DNA from: Desulfobulbus propionicus DSM 2032
GTDB lineage: Bacteria; Desulfobacterota; Desulfobulbia; Desulfobulbales; Desulfobulbaceae
Assembly: GCF_000186885.1 (NCBI RefSeq)
Contig: NC_014972.1
Span: forward strand, 600,001 to 632,000
DNA: 32,000 bases
Direction of reading: 5' to 3'
Part shown: in pieces, positions 8,833 to 19,318 of the stretch
How the letters are laid out: every line of letters starts with the position of its first letter
How positions within the stretch are numbered: the stretch's first letter is position 1
Program-made: the position numbers and the translations under genes
Notes under the pieces: model-generated
What the model was told of the DNA's origin: nothing
Database searches by the model: none
The model's input: the letters and a program-made list of their open reading frames with translations, nothing else

Positions 8833-10050
8833 TTACATGTTGTTGATGATGGCGCTGCCGAACGCGGAGCAGGAAAGCTCTGTGGCGCCCTCCATCAACC
8901 GCGCGAGGTCGTAGGTGACCGTCTTTTTGGAAATCGTTGTTTCCAAGGCCGATTTGATCAGCTCAGCAGCTTCCTTCCACCCGATGTAGTCCAACAGCAT
9001 GACGCCGGAGAGCAACACGGAGCCGGGATTGACCTTGTCGAGTCCGGCATATTTCGGCGCGGTTCCATGGGTGGCTTCAAACAGGGCGACGCCGTCGCCG
9101 ATATTGGCGCCGGGCGCCATGCCCAATCCGCCCACCTGTGCGGCGAGGGCGTCGGAGATGTAGTCGCCATTGAGGTTGGGCATGGCGAGCACCGAGTATT
9201 CGCTTGGCCGGAGAAGAATTTGCTGGAACATGGCATCGGCAATTCGATCCTTGATGACGATTTTGCCTTCGGGTATCGCCCCGTTAAACTGTTCCCACAG
9301 GGCCGTCTCGGTAATGGTCGACTCGCCGAATTCCTCGGCGGCCAATTCGTATCCCCAGTGGCGAAAGGCCCCTTCGGTAAATTTCATGATATTGCCCTTG
9401 TGCACCAAGGTCACGGAATTCCGTCCTTCATCCAGGGCATACTGAATCGCTTTGCGCACCAATCGCTTGGTACCGAATTCGGAAATCGGCTTAATACCGA
9501 TGCCCGAATTGTCACGGATGGATGCCCCCATTTCGTTGCGGAGGAAATCGATCACCCGGTTGGCCTTTTCCGTGCCCGCTTGCCATTCGATACCTGCGTA
9601 CACGTCCTCAGTGTTTTCCCGAAAAATGACCATGTCGACCAAGCCCGGTTCCTTGACCGGTGAAACCACCCCCTGGTAATAGCGGACCGGACGCACGCAG
9701 GCGTAGAGATCGAGCACCTGACGCAGGGTCACGTTGAGGCTACGCATGCCCTCGCCCACAGGGGTCGTCAGGGGACCCTTGATACTGACCGTGTATTTCT
9801 TCAAGGCGTCGATCGTCTCCCGCGGCAGCCATTCGCCGGTCACACGAAAGGCCTTTTCTCCGGCCAACACCTCCAGCCATTCGATTTTTCGCGATTGGCC
9901 ATAACTCTTGGCTACCGCAGCGTCGAGAACCTTCTGGGCAGCGGCCCAGATGTCCGGCCCGGTTCCATCGCCTTCAATGTAAGGAATAATCGGGTTTGCC
10001 GGCACGTTCAGGGCGCCATTTGCTTTGAGAGTGATGATGTCTGCAGTCAA
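8833..10050 (-). CDS. icd: NADP-dependent isocitrate dehydrogenase
   Basis: [54 protein letters not shown]. Likely TTG start at 10050 ([12 protein letters not shown]), preceded by AAGGAG; the track start at 10230 is upstream of it. Confidence 0.95.
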   Translation of the reverse strand: MTADIITLKANGALNVPANPIIPYIEGDGTGPDIWAAAQKVLDAAVAKSYGQSRKIEWLEVLAGEKAFRVTGEWLPRETIDALKKYTVSIKGPLTTPVGEGMRSLNVTLRQVLDLYACVRPVRYYQGVVSPVKEPGLVDMVIFRENTEDVYAGIEWQAGTEKANRVIDFLRNEMGASIRDNSGIGIKPISEFGTKRLVRKAIQYALDEGRNSVTLVHKGNIMKFTEGAFRHWGYELAAEEFGESTITETALWEQFNGAIPEGKIVIKDRIADAMFQQILLRPSEYSVLAMPNLNGDYISDALAAQVGGLGMAPGANIGDGVALFEATHGTAPKYAGLDKVNPGSVLLSGVMLLDYIGWKEAAELIKSALETTISKKTVTYDLARLMEGATELSCSAFGSAIINNM

Positions 10051-10351
10051 AATAGACTCCTTGATAGATGACAAGTCACCGTATATCCGCACGAAGCTGC
10101 AACGGTGCATGGAACGCATTACGAAGTGCGGACTATATTCGATTGCACGTCTTCCGTCAATCGTGGCGCATTCGCCCTTGTAATTGCTCGCCGGCGTATT
10201 GATTTGGCTGGAGGCGGTTGCACGGTTCATCTTGCTCTTGAGGCCTTTGCCTGCTAAGTAGCTTCTGGAATTTTTGCAAACCTCTTGTGCACCGGTCCAG
10301 CGCCGACCCCTTCGAGGCGGGACACGGGCATTTCAACCATTGGTTTCCTGT

Positions 10352-11116
10352 ATGTCGCCACTCCAAGTTGTTCGAAGCCTTTGCACGCTCATCCTCGCGC
10401 CGCCCCTGACCTTTATTGTTTCCGCGCTCTCCCTGATCGACCTGAAATGGGTGCGCAAATCGGAAATCAAAGCCCAGATTTTTCCCCGTTACTGGGGAAG
10501 GATACTGTGCCGATGTGCCGGGGTGCGAGTCAAGGTGGAAGGTTTTGCGCATATTGATCCGCAGCGCACCTATATTTTTGCCGGCAACCATTGCAGTCAG
10601 TATGACATATTTTCATTTCAGGGCTACTTTCCCCATGATTTTCGCTGGATCGCCAAACAAGAACTCTTCCGCATTCCTCTGTTTGGCCAGGCCATGCACC
10701 GGGTCGGCTATATCCCCATCGATCGTTCCCGTGGCCGGCAGGCAATGAAGAGTCTGGATGCGGCAGCCGGGCGGATAGCGGCGGGCAGTTCCGTGCTTAT
10801 TTTTCCCGAGGGGACCAGGAGCGCCGACGGGATGGTACGGGAATTCAAGGCTGGGGCGGTGTTGCTGGCGATCAAGGCCGGGGTGCCCATCGTGCCCCTG
10901 GGGTTCAACGGCTCGTATGAAGTGCTGCCCAAAGGCAAACTGTTGCCTCGCAGCGGTACGATCACCATACGTATTGGTGCCCCGATCGACACGGGCCACT
11001 ACAAAAGCGCGGACAAGCAGACGCTGGCCTTCGAATTGCAAAAGGCTGTCCAGCAGTTGCTCGAAGAGCGCTATGTCCCGGACAATGAGCGCTATCGCGG
11101 AGTTGTTCAGGGATGA
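10352..11116 (+). CDS. plsC: 1-acyl-sn-glycerol-3-phosphate acyltransferase-like protein
   Basis: NHCSQYD (HX4D) and FPEGTRS motifs. ATG at 10352 preferred over the track start at 10274; exact start uncertain. Confidence 0.88.
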   Translation: MSPLQVVRSLCTLILAPPLTFIVSALSLIDLKWVRKSEIKAQIFPRYWGRILCRCAGVRVKVEGFAHIDPQRTYIFAGNHCSQYDIFSFQGYFPHDFRWIAKQELFRIPLFGQAMHRVGYIPIDRSRGRQAMKSLDAAAGRIAAGSSVLIFPEGTRSADGMVREFKAGAVLLAIKAGVPIVPLGFNGSYEVLPKGKLLPRSGTITIRIGAPIDTGHYKSADKQTLAFELQKAVQQLLEERYVPDNERYRGVVQG

Positions 11117-11301
11117 TTTCGATAAACATCGAAAACATAAGAGAGAATTTCTTGCAAAAACAAGTAAACCTGTCATAATGACCACCAATTTGTGAGGTGA
11201 TCAACCGGAGGTCGTTAATCCGCTGATTATCCCCTCTTTTTTCAGGTGGTTAGCTTGAGTGCCACCTGGCAAAGGCATAGACTCAACCAGGAACTTTTCC
11301 C

Positions 11302-13983
11302 ATGCAGTCGACATCAAGAATCCAGCCACCCCCTCTGAGCTTTTCACTCTTGTTCTGCGTTCTGCTATCAGGGCTTTTCGCCTGGCAACCGGGCGTGTGC
11401 CTGGCGCTGGAACGCAACACCGTTTTTCTGCCGTTCAAGATCAATGCCCCCGATGCCGCCAACGTGGCAGGGGCGGCCGATAGGGTGCTGTCCCAGGAGG
11501 CCATGGCCAAGGGAATGAAGATGGTTCCCCGGGCGCAGGCGGAGAAACTGGTGGATTATTCCGGCCCCTGGCCACCCGCCGCCTCAGTCCTGACTAAGGT
11601 CGCGGAATCTGCCGGCACTGACTACGTCGTGGTGGGCAGTCTGAACAAGCTCGGCAATCGAATCAGCGTCGATTGCGCGATCGTCGACGTGCTCACGCCC
11701 CAGGCTCCCTACTCGGCCTTTCGGGAAGCAGATTCGCTTGAGGGGTTGGAGAAGGTGACGGGTGAGGTAGTCGGCACCATGCTGGCCTATTCAAATCGCG
11801 GGGCCACGGTGGCCTCCATCACGCCGGAAGGCAACGAGCGTATCGACGCCGGCGCCATTTTACAGAAGATATCGACCAAGCCCGGAGATCTCTATGACCC
11901 CACCACCCTGCGGGAGGATCTGAAAGCCGTTTTCGCCATGGGCTACTTCGACAATGTCGAGATTGAAGCCAAAGAGAGCGAGGGGGGGAAGAATGTTGTG
12001 TTTCGGGTCAAGGAAAAACCGCTGATCGGCAGTGTGGTCATTGTCGGCGCCGAGGAAATCAAGGAAGAGGACGTGCGTGATGCGGCCAGCATCACAGCCA
12101 ATGCCATCCTCAATCCGGCCAAGGTCAACGAGGCGGTGCAAAAGATCAAGGAGCTTTATAAATCCAAGGGATACTACAACACCGAGGTGGGCGCCAAGAT
12201 AAGCTACCCTGCCGATGCCAACGCCGAAGTCCGCTTTGATATTCAGGAAGGAGAAAAGATCACCATCGAGAAGATTGCCTTTACCGGCAACACCAGCTTT
12301 GATGAGGACGAGTTGGAGGATGCCATTCAGACGGGCACCCATTCTTGGTGGCATTCCTGGTTGACCGACGCCGGAGTGCTCAAAATGGAGGTCCTCAAGC
12401 AGGACGCGGAACGGATCAGTACCTTTTACCAGAACCAGGGCTTCCTTGAAGCAAAGGTCGGCGAGCCGATCGTTGAGCAGAAGGACGACGAGCTGTATGT
12501 CACCTTTCCCATTGAAGAAGGCCCCCGGTATCAAGTGGGTACCGTTGACATTGAGGGCGACCTGATCAAGAGCAAGGAGGAGTTGGTCGACCTGCTCAAG
12601 ATCCGCGAGGAAGAATACCTGAACCGCCAAGTACTGCGGGATGATGTCACCCGGCTGACCGATCTGTATGCCGAGCAGGGATATGCCTTTGCCGAGATCA
12701 ACCCCAAGGTCAACAAATCGGATGCCGCCAAACGGGTCGATGTCCTGTTGCACGTCGACAAGGGCGCCATGGCCTACATCAATAGGGTCGAAATTCAAGG
12801 CAACACCCGCACCCGTGACAACGTCATCCGACGCGATCTCAAGGTGCAGGAGGGCGGACGTTTTGATTCCAAAGCCATCCGCACATCCACCCAGAAGCTC
12901 AATCGCCTGGGATTCTTTGAGGAAGTCAACGTGACGCCGAAACCGACCCTGATTGAAAATCAGATGGACATTCTGGTCGACGTCAAGGAAAAATCCACTG
13001 GTCAATTCAGCATCGGCGCCGGTTATTCGTCGTCGGAAAATGTTCTGTTCATGGGAGAGATCTCCGAGGACAATATTTTCGGTACCGGCAACAAGCTGTC
13101 CCTTGCCGCCAGTACCAGCAGCAAGAGCACCAAGTACAACATGAATTTCACCAATCCCCGGCTCTACGATTCCCAGGTTTCGGGGAGCATCGATCTGTTC
13201 AACTGGGAGCGGGAGTACGACGATTTCACCAAGGATTCCACCGGTTCCACCCTGCGGCTCGGCCATCCGCTGTTCGAGGAATGGCGTATCTATTACGGGT
13301 ACACCATTTCCGACACCGACATCACTGATATCGACGACGACGTCTCGGAATATATCAAACGTTCCGCGGACATCCATCTCACCAGCATGGCGGAGCTTTC
13401 CTTGGTCCGTGACACCCGCGACAAAATCTTTTCGCCGACCAAGGGATCGCGCAACAGCATCAGCGTCGATTATGCCGGCGGCCCGCTGGGCGGCGATGCC
13501 CAGTTCACGAAAGTAGAGGGAGCGTCCTCCTGGTACTTTCCATTGTTCTGGAGCACCGTTTTCCACGTGAAAGGTGCGGCTGGCCAAGCCTTTGAAAACG
13601 AAGACGGCAAATTGCCGGTGTATGAACATTTCTTCCTTGGCGGCATGAACTCCATTCGTGGTTTTGATTCCGCCTCCATCAGTCCGCGCGACCCGAAAAC
13701 GGATGACAAGATTGGTGGCGACAAAATGTGGTACGGTACCGTTTCGATCATCTTCCCCTTGGTTAAAGATCTGGGTATGGATGGCGAAATCTTTCATGAC
13801 TTCGGTAATGTATACGATGTCGACGACAATTGGGATTTCAGCGATTATAAGAAAACCGCCGGTGTTGGCATCCTCTGGGCCTCTCCGTTGGGACCGCTCA
13901 GACTGGCCTGGGGCTTCAATCTGGACAAGCAAGATGACGAAGACAGCTCGAATTGGGACTTCAGCATGGGCGGCACCTTCTGA
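11302..13983 (+). CDS. bamA: outer membrane protein assembly factor BamA, with N-terminal extension
   Basis: Multiple POTRA-like segments (e.g. INRVEIQGNTRTRDNVIRRDLKVQEGGRFD), FFLGGMNSIRGFD, Omp85 barrel, C-terminal Phe. Confidence 0.93.
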   Translation: MQSTSRIQPPPLSFSLLFCVLLSGLFAWQPGVCLALERNTVFLPFKINAPDAANVAGAADRVLSQEAMAKGMKMVPRAQAEKLVDYSGPWPPAASVLTKVAESAGTDYVVVGSLNKLGNRISVDCAIVDVLTPQAPYSAFREADSLEGLEKVTGEVVGTMLAYSNRGATVASITPEGNERIDAGAILQKISTKPGDLYDPTTLREDLKAVFAMGYFDNVEIEAKESEGGKNVVFRVKEKPLIGSVVIVGAEEIKEEDVRDAASITANAILNPAKVNEAVQKIKELYKSKGYYNTEVGAKISYPADANAEVRFDIQEGEKITIEKIAFTGNTSFDEDELEDAIQTGTHSWWHSWLTDAGVLKMEVLKQDAERISTFYQNQGFLEAKVGEPIVEQKDDELYVTFPIEEGPRYQVGTVDIEGDLIKSKEELVDLLKIREEEYLNRQVLRDDVTRLTDLYAEQGYAFAEINPKVNKSDAAKRVDVLLHVDKGAMAYINRVEIQGNTRTRDNVIRRDLKVQEGGRFDSKAIRTSTQKLNRLGFFEEVNVTPKPTLIENQMDILVDVKEKSTGQFSIGAGYSSSENVLFMGEISEDNIFGTGNKLSLAASTSSKSTKYNMNFTNPRLYDSQVSGSIDLFNWEREYDDFTKDSTGSTLRLGHPLFEEWRIYYGYTISDTDITDIDDDVSEYIKRSADIHLTSMAELSLVRDTRDKIFSPTKGSRNSISVDYAGGPLGGDAQFTKVEGASSWYFPLFWSTVFHVKGAAGQAFENEDGKLPVYEHFFLGGMNSIRGFDSASISPRDPKTDDKIGGDKMWYGTVSIIFPLVKDLGMDGEIFHDFGNVYDVDDNWDFSDYKKTAGVGILWASPLGPLRLAWGFNLDKQDDEDSSNWDFSMGGTF

Positions 13984-14017
13984 TCGTTCCAGATCTCGTC
14001 TGATCTGACCGCTGTTC

Positions 14018-17000
14018 ATGCAGTCGATGCTCGCGAGACTGCGTGACAGCAGTTCTCCCCCCGATATTGTCGGTCTTCACGGTGCTTCCACTGCCCTGCT
14101 GCTTGCCAGGGCAGTGGAAACCCTCCAGCACACAGTCTGTTGCATCCTCCCCGCTGATGAGCAGCTCGAGCCGTTAGCGCAGGATATTGCTTTTTTCTCC
14201 AATGTTCGGGTATTGCTGTATCCGAGCTTCGAAATTCCTCCGTACACCCCACTTTCCCCCGATCCAGCCACGGTTTGCGGCCGTTTGGCCACCTTGTATT
14301 TGTTACGGGAAGACCTTTCCCCCTGCATTGTATTGACCTCGGCAGAGGCCGTGCTCAGGCGGGTTCTGCCAGCCGCCGTACTGAACGCTCACTGTGAGCT
14401 GGTCATGACTGGCGAGGAAACGGATCGAGAGGCGCTCATCGGCTCGTTGATCGCCGCAGGCTACCAGCAGTGCGACATGGTTCGCCAGGAAGGGGATTTG
14501 GCCCTGCGCGGCGGAATCGTCGATGTGTATCCACCCACCCTTGATCCTGCCGCCAATGGTCCCTTGCGGCTTGATTTTTTTGGGGACACGGTTGAATCCA
14601 TCCGTCTTTTTGATCCACTGTCCCAGCGTTCGCGGCAAGAGCTGAGGGAAGCGATTCTGTTGCCCGCATCAGATCTGCTGTTCCCTCGTACCGATCAGCG
14701 TGCCCCTCTGTTGCAGCGACTCGAAGCCGTTGCCGATCAGTATCAATGGGCGTCCGCCGAGGTGCGCGTCCTACGGGAGCGTCTTGCCACCGGCCAACGC
14801 TTCCCGGGCATTGAATTCATGCTGCCGCTCATCTATGGTGGCAAAGATGGGGTGCAAACCCTGTTCGACTACCTGCCGCCGACCGCTTCGCTCATGGTGT
14901 ACGATCCAGCCGCGGTCGGGCAGCGGGTGCAGCTGGTTCATGACCGGATTGCCGCCAATTATCGCGAGGCCGTGGAACGGCAGCTTCCCGCTTTGCCGCC
15001 GGAGGCACTGTTTGTGGGAGAACACGAGCTGCACACGGCCACCCGGGAACGTCTGCGTGCCCGCATTCTCCCGATCCCGGATCCGGACAACCCCTCCGCC
15101 ACGCTGACTGTGCAGACAGGTGACCACAGCCTATTGGTCCAGGAGATCGAACTGCAGCGGAAAAAGCGGGGCCTGCTGGCGCCACTTGCCGATCGCATTC
15201 TCAAATGGCAGCAGGACCAGGATCGCATCGTCCTCGCCTGCCGATCAGCTCGTCAGGCCGAACATCTCCGGGAAATGCTCGGCAATTACCAACTCAAGGT
15301 CTCCCTGCTGACCCCGCCGTTCGCTCCTGCCGCCCTGATCGACGACGATCAGGTCTATTGTTACGAACACCCCCTGTCCAGGGGATTCGATTTTCCCGCT
15401 GAAAAGATTCATTTCCTCTCAGCTCTTGAGCTGTTCGGTGAAAAACGATTGCGCACCGGCCGTCAGCGCACACGAGGTCGCGACCAAGGCCAACCTGTTC
15501 AGATCGAGCAGCTTGCCGAAGGGGATGTGGTGGTCCATCGCGATCACGGGATCGGTGTGTTTCAAGGGTTGGTCAATATGGAGATTTCCGGCCAGCGGGG
15601 AGATTTCCTGCAGATTGCCTTCCGTGACGACGACAAGCTCTATGTCCCGGTGGACCGGCTCCATTGGGTGAGCCGCTATCAGGGGCTCACCGATCAACAG
15701 CCCAAACTAGACAGTCTCGGATCGCAGCGGTGGCAGACAACCAAAAAGAAGGTCACCGAGGCGGTGTGGAAGATTGCCCAGGAACTCCTGGAGATCTACG
15801 CGCAACGGGCCATGCGCCAGGGACATCGCTTTTCGCCCCCTGGTGATCTCTATCGGCAGCTGGAAGAATCCTTTCCTTATGATGAAACTAAGGGACAGGC
15901 CAAAGCCATTGATGAGGTCATCGATGATCTGACCCATGAGCAGCCCATGGATCGTCTCATTTGCGGCGACGTCGGCTACGGCAAGACCGAAGTGGCGGCG
16001 CGGGCGGCCTTCAAGGTGATCGAGGACGGCTATCAGGTGGCGATCCTGGTACCGACCACGGTGCTGGCCGAACAGCACGCCGCCACCTTTCGTGAACGTT
16101 TCGCTTCCTTTCCAGTGGAGATCGCCTGCCTCAATCGCTTCCGCACCGTCCGCCAGCAAAAGGAGATCGTCGCGCAGCTGGGCGCCGGCAACATTGACCT
16201 GGTGGTGGGCACCCACCGGCTGCTGTCCAAGGATGTCCAATTCAAGAAGCTCGGGTTGCTGATTGTCGACGAGGAGCATCGGTTTGGTGTGGCCCACAAG
16301 GAGCGGATCAAGAAATTCAAGGCCACGGTCGATGTCCTGACGCTTACCGCCACCCCCATCCCCCGCACCCTGCAAATGTCCCTGTTGGGTATTCGTGATC
16401 TTTCTGTGATCTCTACACCGCCGCAGCAACGACGTTCGGTCAAAACGTTCCTGGCCCGCTACGATCAATTGGTGATCAGGGAGGCGGTTTTGCGCGAACT
16501 GGAACGGGGGGGGCAACTCTTTTTTGTCCATAACCGAGTGCAATCCATTCATCGGATGGCTGACACCATCGCCGCCCAGGTGCCACAGGCGCGCATTGGT
16601 GTGGCCCATGGACAGATGGCTGGGCCGCAGTTGGAGGACGTCATGGTCCGATTCATCAACCATGAACTCGATATCCTGGTCTGCACCACCATCATCGAAT
16701 CCGGTCTGGATATTCCCAATGCCAACACCATCGTCATCAATCGAGCCGATCATCTTGGCCTGGCCGACATCTACCAGTTGCGGGGCAGGGTAGGCCGGGC
16801 GGCGCGGCAGGCCTACGCCTATCTGCTGGTCTCCTCGCTCGATCACCTGACGCCGGATGCGCAGCAGCGATTGCGAGCTCTCATGGACTGCTCCGAACTG
16901 GGGGGCGGGTTCAAATTGGCGATGAACGACCTGCAGATCCGGGGAGGCGGCAATCTGCTCGGTGTTTCCCAATCCGGCCATATTGCCGCTGTCGGCTACG

Positions 17001-17551
17001 ATCTCTACCTTGAGCTGTTGCAGTCAACGGTGGCTGATTTGAAACGCCGGGCACGGGAAGGGCAAGAGACGGTGGCCCGCGAGGAGATCGACCCGGAAAT
17101 CAAGCTCAAGGTGGCGGCATACCTCCCCGATCATTACATCCAGGAGACCAGCCAGCGCTACCATGCCTACCGTCGGATTTCCCTCGCCGGCAATGGCACG
17201 AGTGAAGAGTTGACGGCAATCGAGGAGGAACTGGTTGATCGCTATGGCCCCTTGCCGCGGGAGGCCGCCACCCTGCTGGCGGTGATCGGCCTGAAACAGC
17301 AGTTGCGAGTTCTGGGTATCCAGAAGCTGGAGCAGGGGCCGGAGTCGCTGATTTTTTCTTTTGTGGCCAATCCTCCCATCGATTCCGCGCGGATTCTGGC
17401 GCTGATCCAGCAAAAACCGGGGCGAAAAAGAACGGCTCAGTCTATCCGGCTCACCCCCGATCAACGGCTGATTGTCCCCTTTTCCGCGCAAGAGGACCTT
17501 TTTCGTCACATTCAGACCATCATTCATTCCTTGCAGGGACCGACATCATGA
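14018..17551 (+). CDS. mfd: transcription-repair coupling factor
   Basis: CarD-like RNAP interaction region (LAEGDVVVHRDHGIGVFQGLV), helicase motifs (GDVGYGKTEVAARAAF, VDEEHRFGV, TATPIPRTL, HLGLADIYQLRGRVGRA). Confidence 0.97.
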   Translation: MQSMLARLRDSSSPPDIVGLHGASTALLLARAVETLQHTVCCILPADEQLEPLAQDIAFFSNVRVLLYPSFEIPPYTPLSPDPATVCGRLATLYLLREDLSPCIVLTSAEAVLRRVLPAAVLNAHCELVMTGEETDREALIGSLIAAGYQQCDMVRQEGDLALRGGIVDVYPPTLDPAANGPLRLDFFGDTVESIRLFDPLSQRSRQELREAILLPASDLLFPRTDQRAPLLQRLEAVADQYQWASAEVRVLRERLATGQRFPGIEFMLPLIYGGKDGVQTLFDYLPPTASLMVYDPAAVGQRVQLVHDRIAANYREAVERQLPALPPEALFVGEHELHTATRERLRARILPIPDPDNPSATLTVQTGDHSLLVQEIELQRKKRGLLAPLADRILKWQQDQDRIVLACRSARQAEHLREMLGNYQLKVSLLTPPFAPAALIDDDQVYCYEHPLSRGFDFPAEKIHFLSALELFGEKRLRTGRQRTRGRDQGQPVQIEQLAEGDVVVHRDHGIGVFQGLVNMEISGQRGDFLQIAFRDDDKLYVPVDRLHWVSRYQGLTDQQPKLDSLGSQRWQTTKKKVTEAVWKIAQELLEIYAQRAMRQGHRFSPPGDLYRQLEESFPYDETKGQAKAIDEVIDDLTHEQPMDRLICGDVGYGKTEVAARAAFKVIEDGYQVAILVPTTVLAEQHAATFRERFASFPVEIACLNRFRTVRQQKEIVAQLGAGNIDLVVGTHRLLSKDVQFKKLGLLIVDEEHRFGVAHKERIKKFKATVDVLTLTATPIPRTLQMSLLGIRDLSVISTPPQQRRSVKTFLARYDQLVIREAVLRELERGGQLFFVHNRVQSIHRMADTIAAQVPQARIGVAHGQMAGPQLEDVMVRFINHELDILVCTTIIESGLDIPNANTIVINRADHLGLADIYQLRGRVGRAARQAYAYLLVSSLDHLTPDAQQRLRALMDCSELGGGFKLAMNDLQIRGGGNLLGVSQSGHIAAVGYDLYLELLQSTVADLKRRAREGQETVAREEIDPEIKLKVAAYLPDHYIQETSQRYHAYRRISLAGNGTSEELTAIEEELVDRYGPLPREAATLLAVIGLKQQLRVLGIQKLEQGPESLIFSFVANPPIDSARILALIQQKPGRKRTAQSIRLTPDQRLIVPFSAQEDLFRHIQTIIHSLQGPTS

Positions 17552-18240
17552 AGACCACCCCTCTGTATTGTGAGAAAATTTTCCCCGTTTTTCCTTGGAA
17601 GCAGATTGATACCGTGCTGCTCGACATGGATGGCACCCTGCTGGACAAACACTTTGACGATTACTTCTGGGAACAGTATCTCCCCGAACATTACAGCCTG
17701 CTGCACGACATTTCGGTGGAAGAGGCCAAGGCGCATCTGCTGGCCCGCTATCATCAGGTCAAAGATACCCTCGACTGGTCGGATCTTGATTTTTGGTCTC
17801 GTGAGTTGGACATGGATGTGCAGGAGTTGAAGTTGCGAATTAACCATCTCATTGGCGTGCACCCCTATGTCGTTGAATTTCTCGAATATTGCCTGAAGAT
17901 CCGTAAGCGGCTCTACCTGATCACCAATGCCCATTCCAGCACCTTGTCGATCAAGCTGCAGAAAACAGCGATTGGCCCTTGGTTTGATCGGATTGTGTGC
18001 GCCGCAGAGGTGGGACTGGCCAAGGAAGACCCGCAATTTTGGCAGCGGCTAGAAGAAATGCTCCAGTTCGACAAAAGACGGACGCTGTTGGTCGATGACA
18101 CGGAAAAGGTGCTATTTGCCGCTCAAAGCCATGGCCTTGGGTTTCTCCTGTTTGTTGCTCGCCCGAGCAGCCGCCAGCGGGTTCAGTATTCCTGCAACTT
18201 TCCCTCGATCGTCTATTTCAAGGAATTGCTGCCCCAATAG
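17548..18240 (+). CDS. HAD superfamily hydrolase (YrfG-like, predicted nucleotidase)
   Basis: HAD motif I LLDMDGTLLD, motif II LITNA, motif III/IV LLVDDTEKV. ATGA overlap (17548-17551) with the mfd stop. Confidence 0.85.
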   Translation: MKTTPLYCEKIFPVFPWKQIDTVLLDMDGTLLDKHFDDYFWEQYLPEHYSLLHDISVEEAKAHLLARYHQVKDTLDWSDLDFWSRELDMDVQELKLRINHLIGVHPYVVEFLEYCLKIRKRLYLITNAHSSTLSIKLQKTAIGPWFDRIVCAAEVGLAKEDPQFWQRLEEMLQFDKRRTLLVDDTEKVLFAAQSHGLGFLLFVARPSSRQRVQYSCNFPSIVYFKELLPQ

Positions 18241-18260
18241 AGATCGTCGCCGTTACACCT

Positions 18261-18307
18261 ACACAAAAAAGCCATCCCGCCTCTGCGGCGGGATGGCTTT
18301 TTTGTGT
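18261..18307. terminator. bidirectional intrinsic terminator between convergent genes
   Basis: Perfect inverted repeat acacaaaaaagccatcccgcc / tctgc / ggcgggatggcttttttgtgt, GC-rich core flanked by A- and T-tracts, between genes ending at 18240 (+) and 18338 (-). Confidence 0.95.
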
Positions 18308-18337
18308 GCGAGAAAAACAGGGACGGTCAGATGTGGT

Positions 18338-19138
18338 TCAGGCCTTTTTCTTGGCCTTGGCACTGCTCGTCCCTTTCTTTTTCAGCCCTTCCAGCTCATT
18401 GTGCAGGGCCTCGATGGAGTCGGTCAACGGTTTGGGGTCAAACTCCCCCTTTTGCTCCAATTTTTCCAGGCGAGCGGGCACGTCGCCGAGGAACTTTTCC
18501 GGAGTGATGGCCTGCAACTGCTGAACAGTCGCGTTGAGTTTGCCTTCCAAGGTGGCCACATGGTCCTTGACCGTTCCGAGCATCTGGCCGGAAGCAGCGA
18601 TTTCAGTGGCAATGGACTCCAATTGGCCGGCGGCGGCAAATTCGCTGCTTTTTGCCTCCAGGGATTGCATCTTGGTGTTGAGAGCGGTGAACTGCTCGTT
18701 CAGGGTCTGCTGATTGTCGGCTACCTTTTTCACCTCAGCGGCAATAATGGTCTGCAACTCATCCTTGAGCACGATGGGGTCGGCGACCGGGGCGCAGGTT
18801 GCCTCCCTGCACTGGAAAGAGCCGATAAAGGAAAAAACAGGACGGAGGAGTTCACCAACGGAAACCTTGAGGGCCGCGTACATGGCCGAGGATGTTTCCT
18901 TGTTCACCAGCGAGACGGCAAAAAGGAAGATGCCAATGAGAAAAGCGATACACACGGTGAGGCCGATCACCATGGCTATGGACCATTGAACCAGACGAAA
19001 AGCACCGATGATGATCTGGCCAACGGAGTTGAGCACCCCTCCCTCGGGTGAAGCACTGGTCAGATAGGCCAGCAAGACAAAAACAAGAAGTACAACCGCC
19101 GATTTGACAAGCGGCGCACGCATCATATTCGTTTTCAT
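18338..19138 (-). CDS. uncharacterised membrane protein with C-terminal coiled coil and Lys-rich tail (266 aa)
   Basis: ATG at 19138 with GGGAGGAG upstream. Hydrophobic segments SAVVLLVFVLLAYLTS and WSIAMVIGLTVCIAFLIGIFLFAVS; heptad-like C-terminal half; ends KKKGTSSAKAKKKA. Confidence 0.8.
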   Translation of the reverse strand: MKTNMMRAPLVKSAVVLLVFVLLAYLTSASPEGGVLNSVGQIIIGAFRLVQWSIAMVIGLTVCIAFLIGIFLFAVSLVNKETSSAMYAALKVSVGELLRPVFSFIGSFQCREATCAPVADPIVLKDELQTIIAAEVKKVADNQQTLNEQFTALNTKMQSLEAKSSEFAAAGQLESIATEIAASGQMLGTVKDHVATLEGKLNATVQQLQAITPEKFLGDVPARLEKLEQKGEFDPKPLTDSIEALHNELEGLKKKGTSSAKAKKKA

Positions 19139-19272
19139 AATCTACTCCTCCCTTGGGAAATTCGCTGTCCAGCTCCAAATGATCAAGATGTACGCATTGG
19201 GGAAAAGGGTTCCTGCCAGCATGCGTGTATCGGTTAATTCTGTGTGGTTTTAGTGTATTTGTTTTGGAACGG

Positions 19273-19315
19273 CAAGGGAAAATGTACAGTTGCGGCGACG
19301 CAAGTTTTTCCCTTG
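19273..19315. repeat. nested inverted repeat just 3' of the minus-strand HD-GYP gene
   Basis: Outer arms caagggaaaa (19273-19282) / ttttcccttg (19306-19315); inner arms ttgcg (19290-19294) / cgcaa (19299-19303). No T-tract follows in the minus-strand direction. Confidence 0.7.
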
Positions 19316-19318
19316 GTT

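Noticed and set aside
11243-11268. caggtgg/ccacctg inverted repeat upstream of bamA
   Set aside because: The arms are 7 bp with a 12-nt loop and no T-tract. This is too weak to support a regulatory call.
11860-14019. 719-aa minus-strand ORF
   Set aside because: Antisense to the clear BamA gene, with low-complexity composition and no domain recognised.
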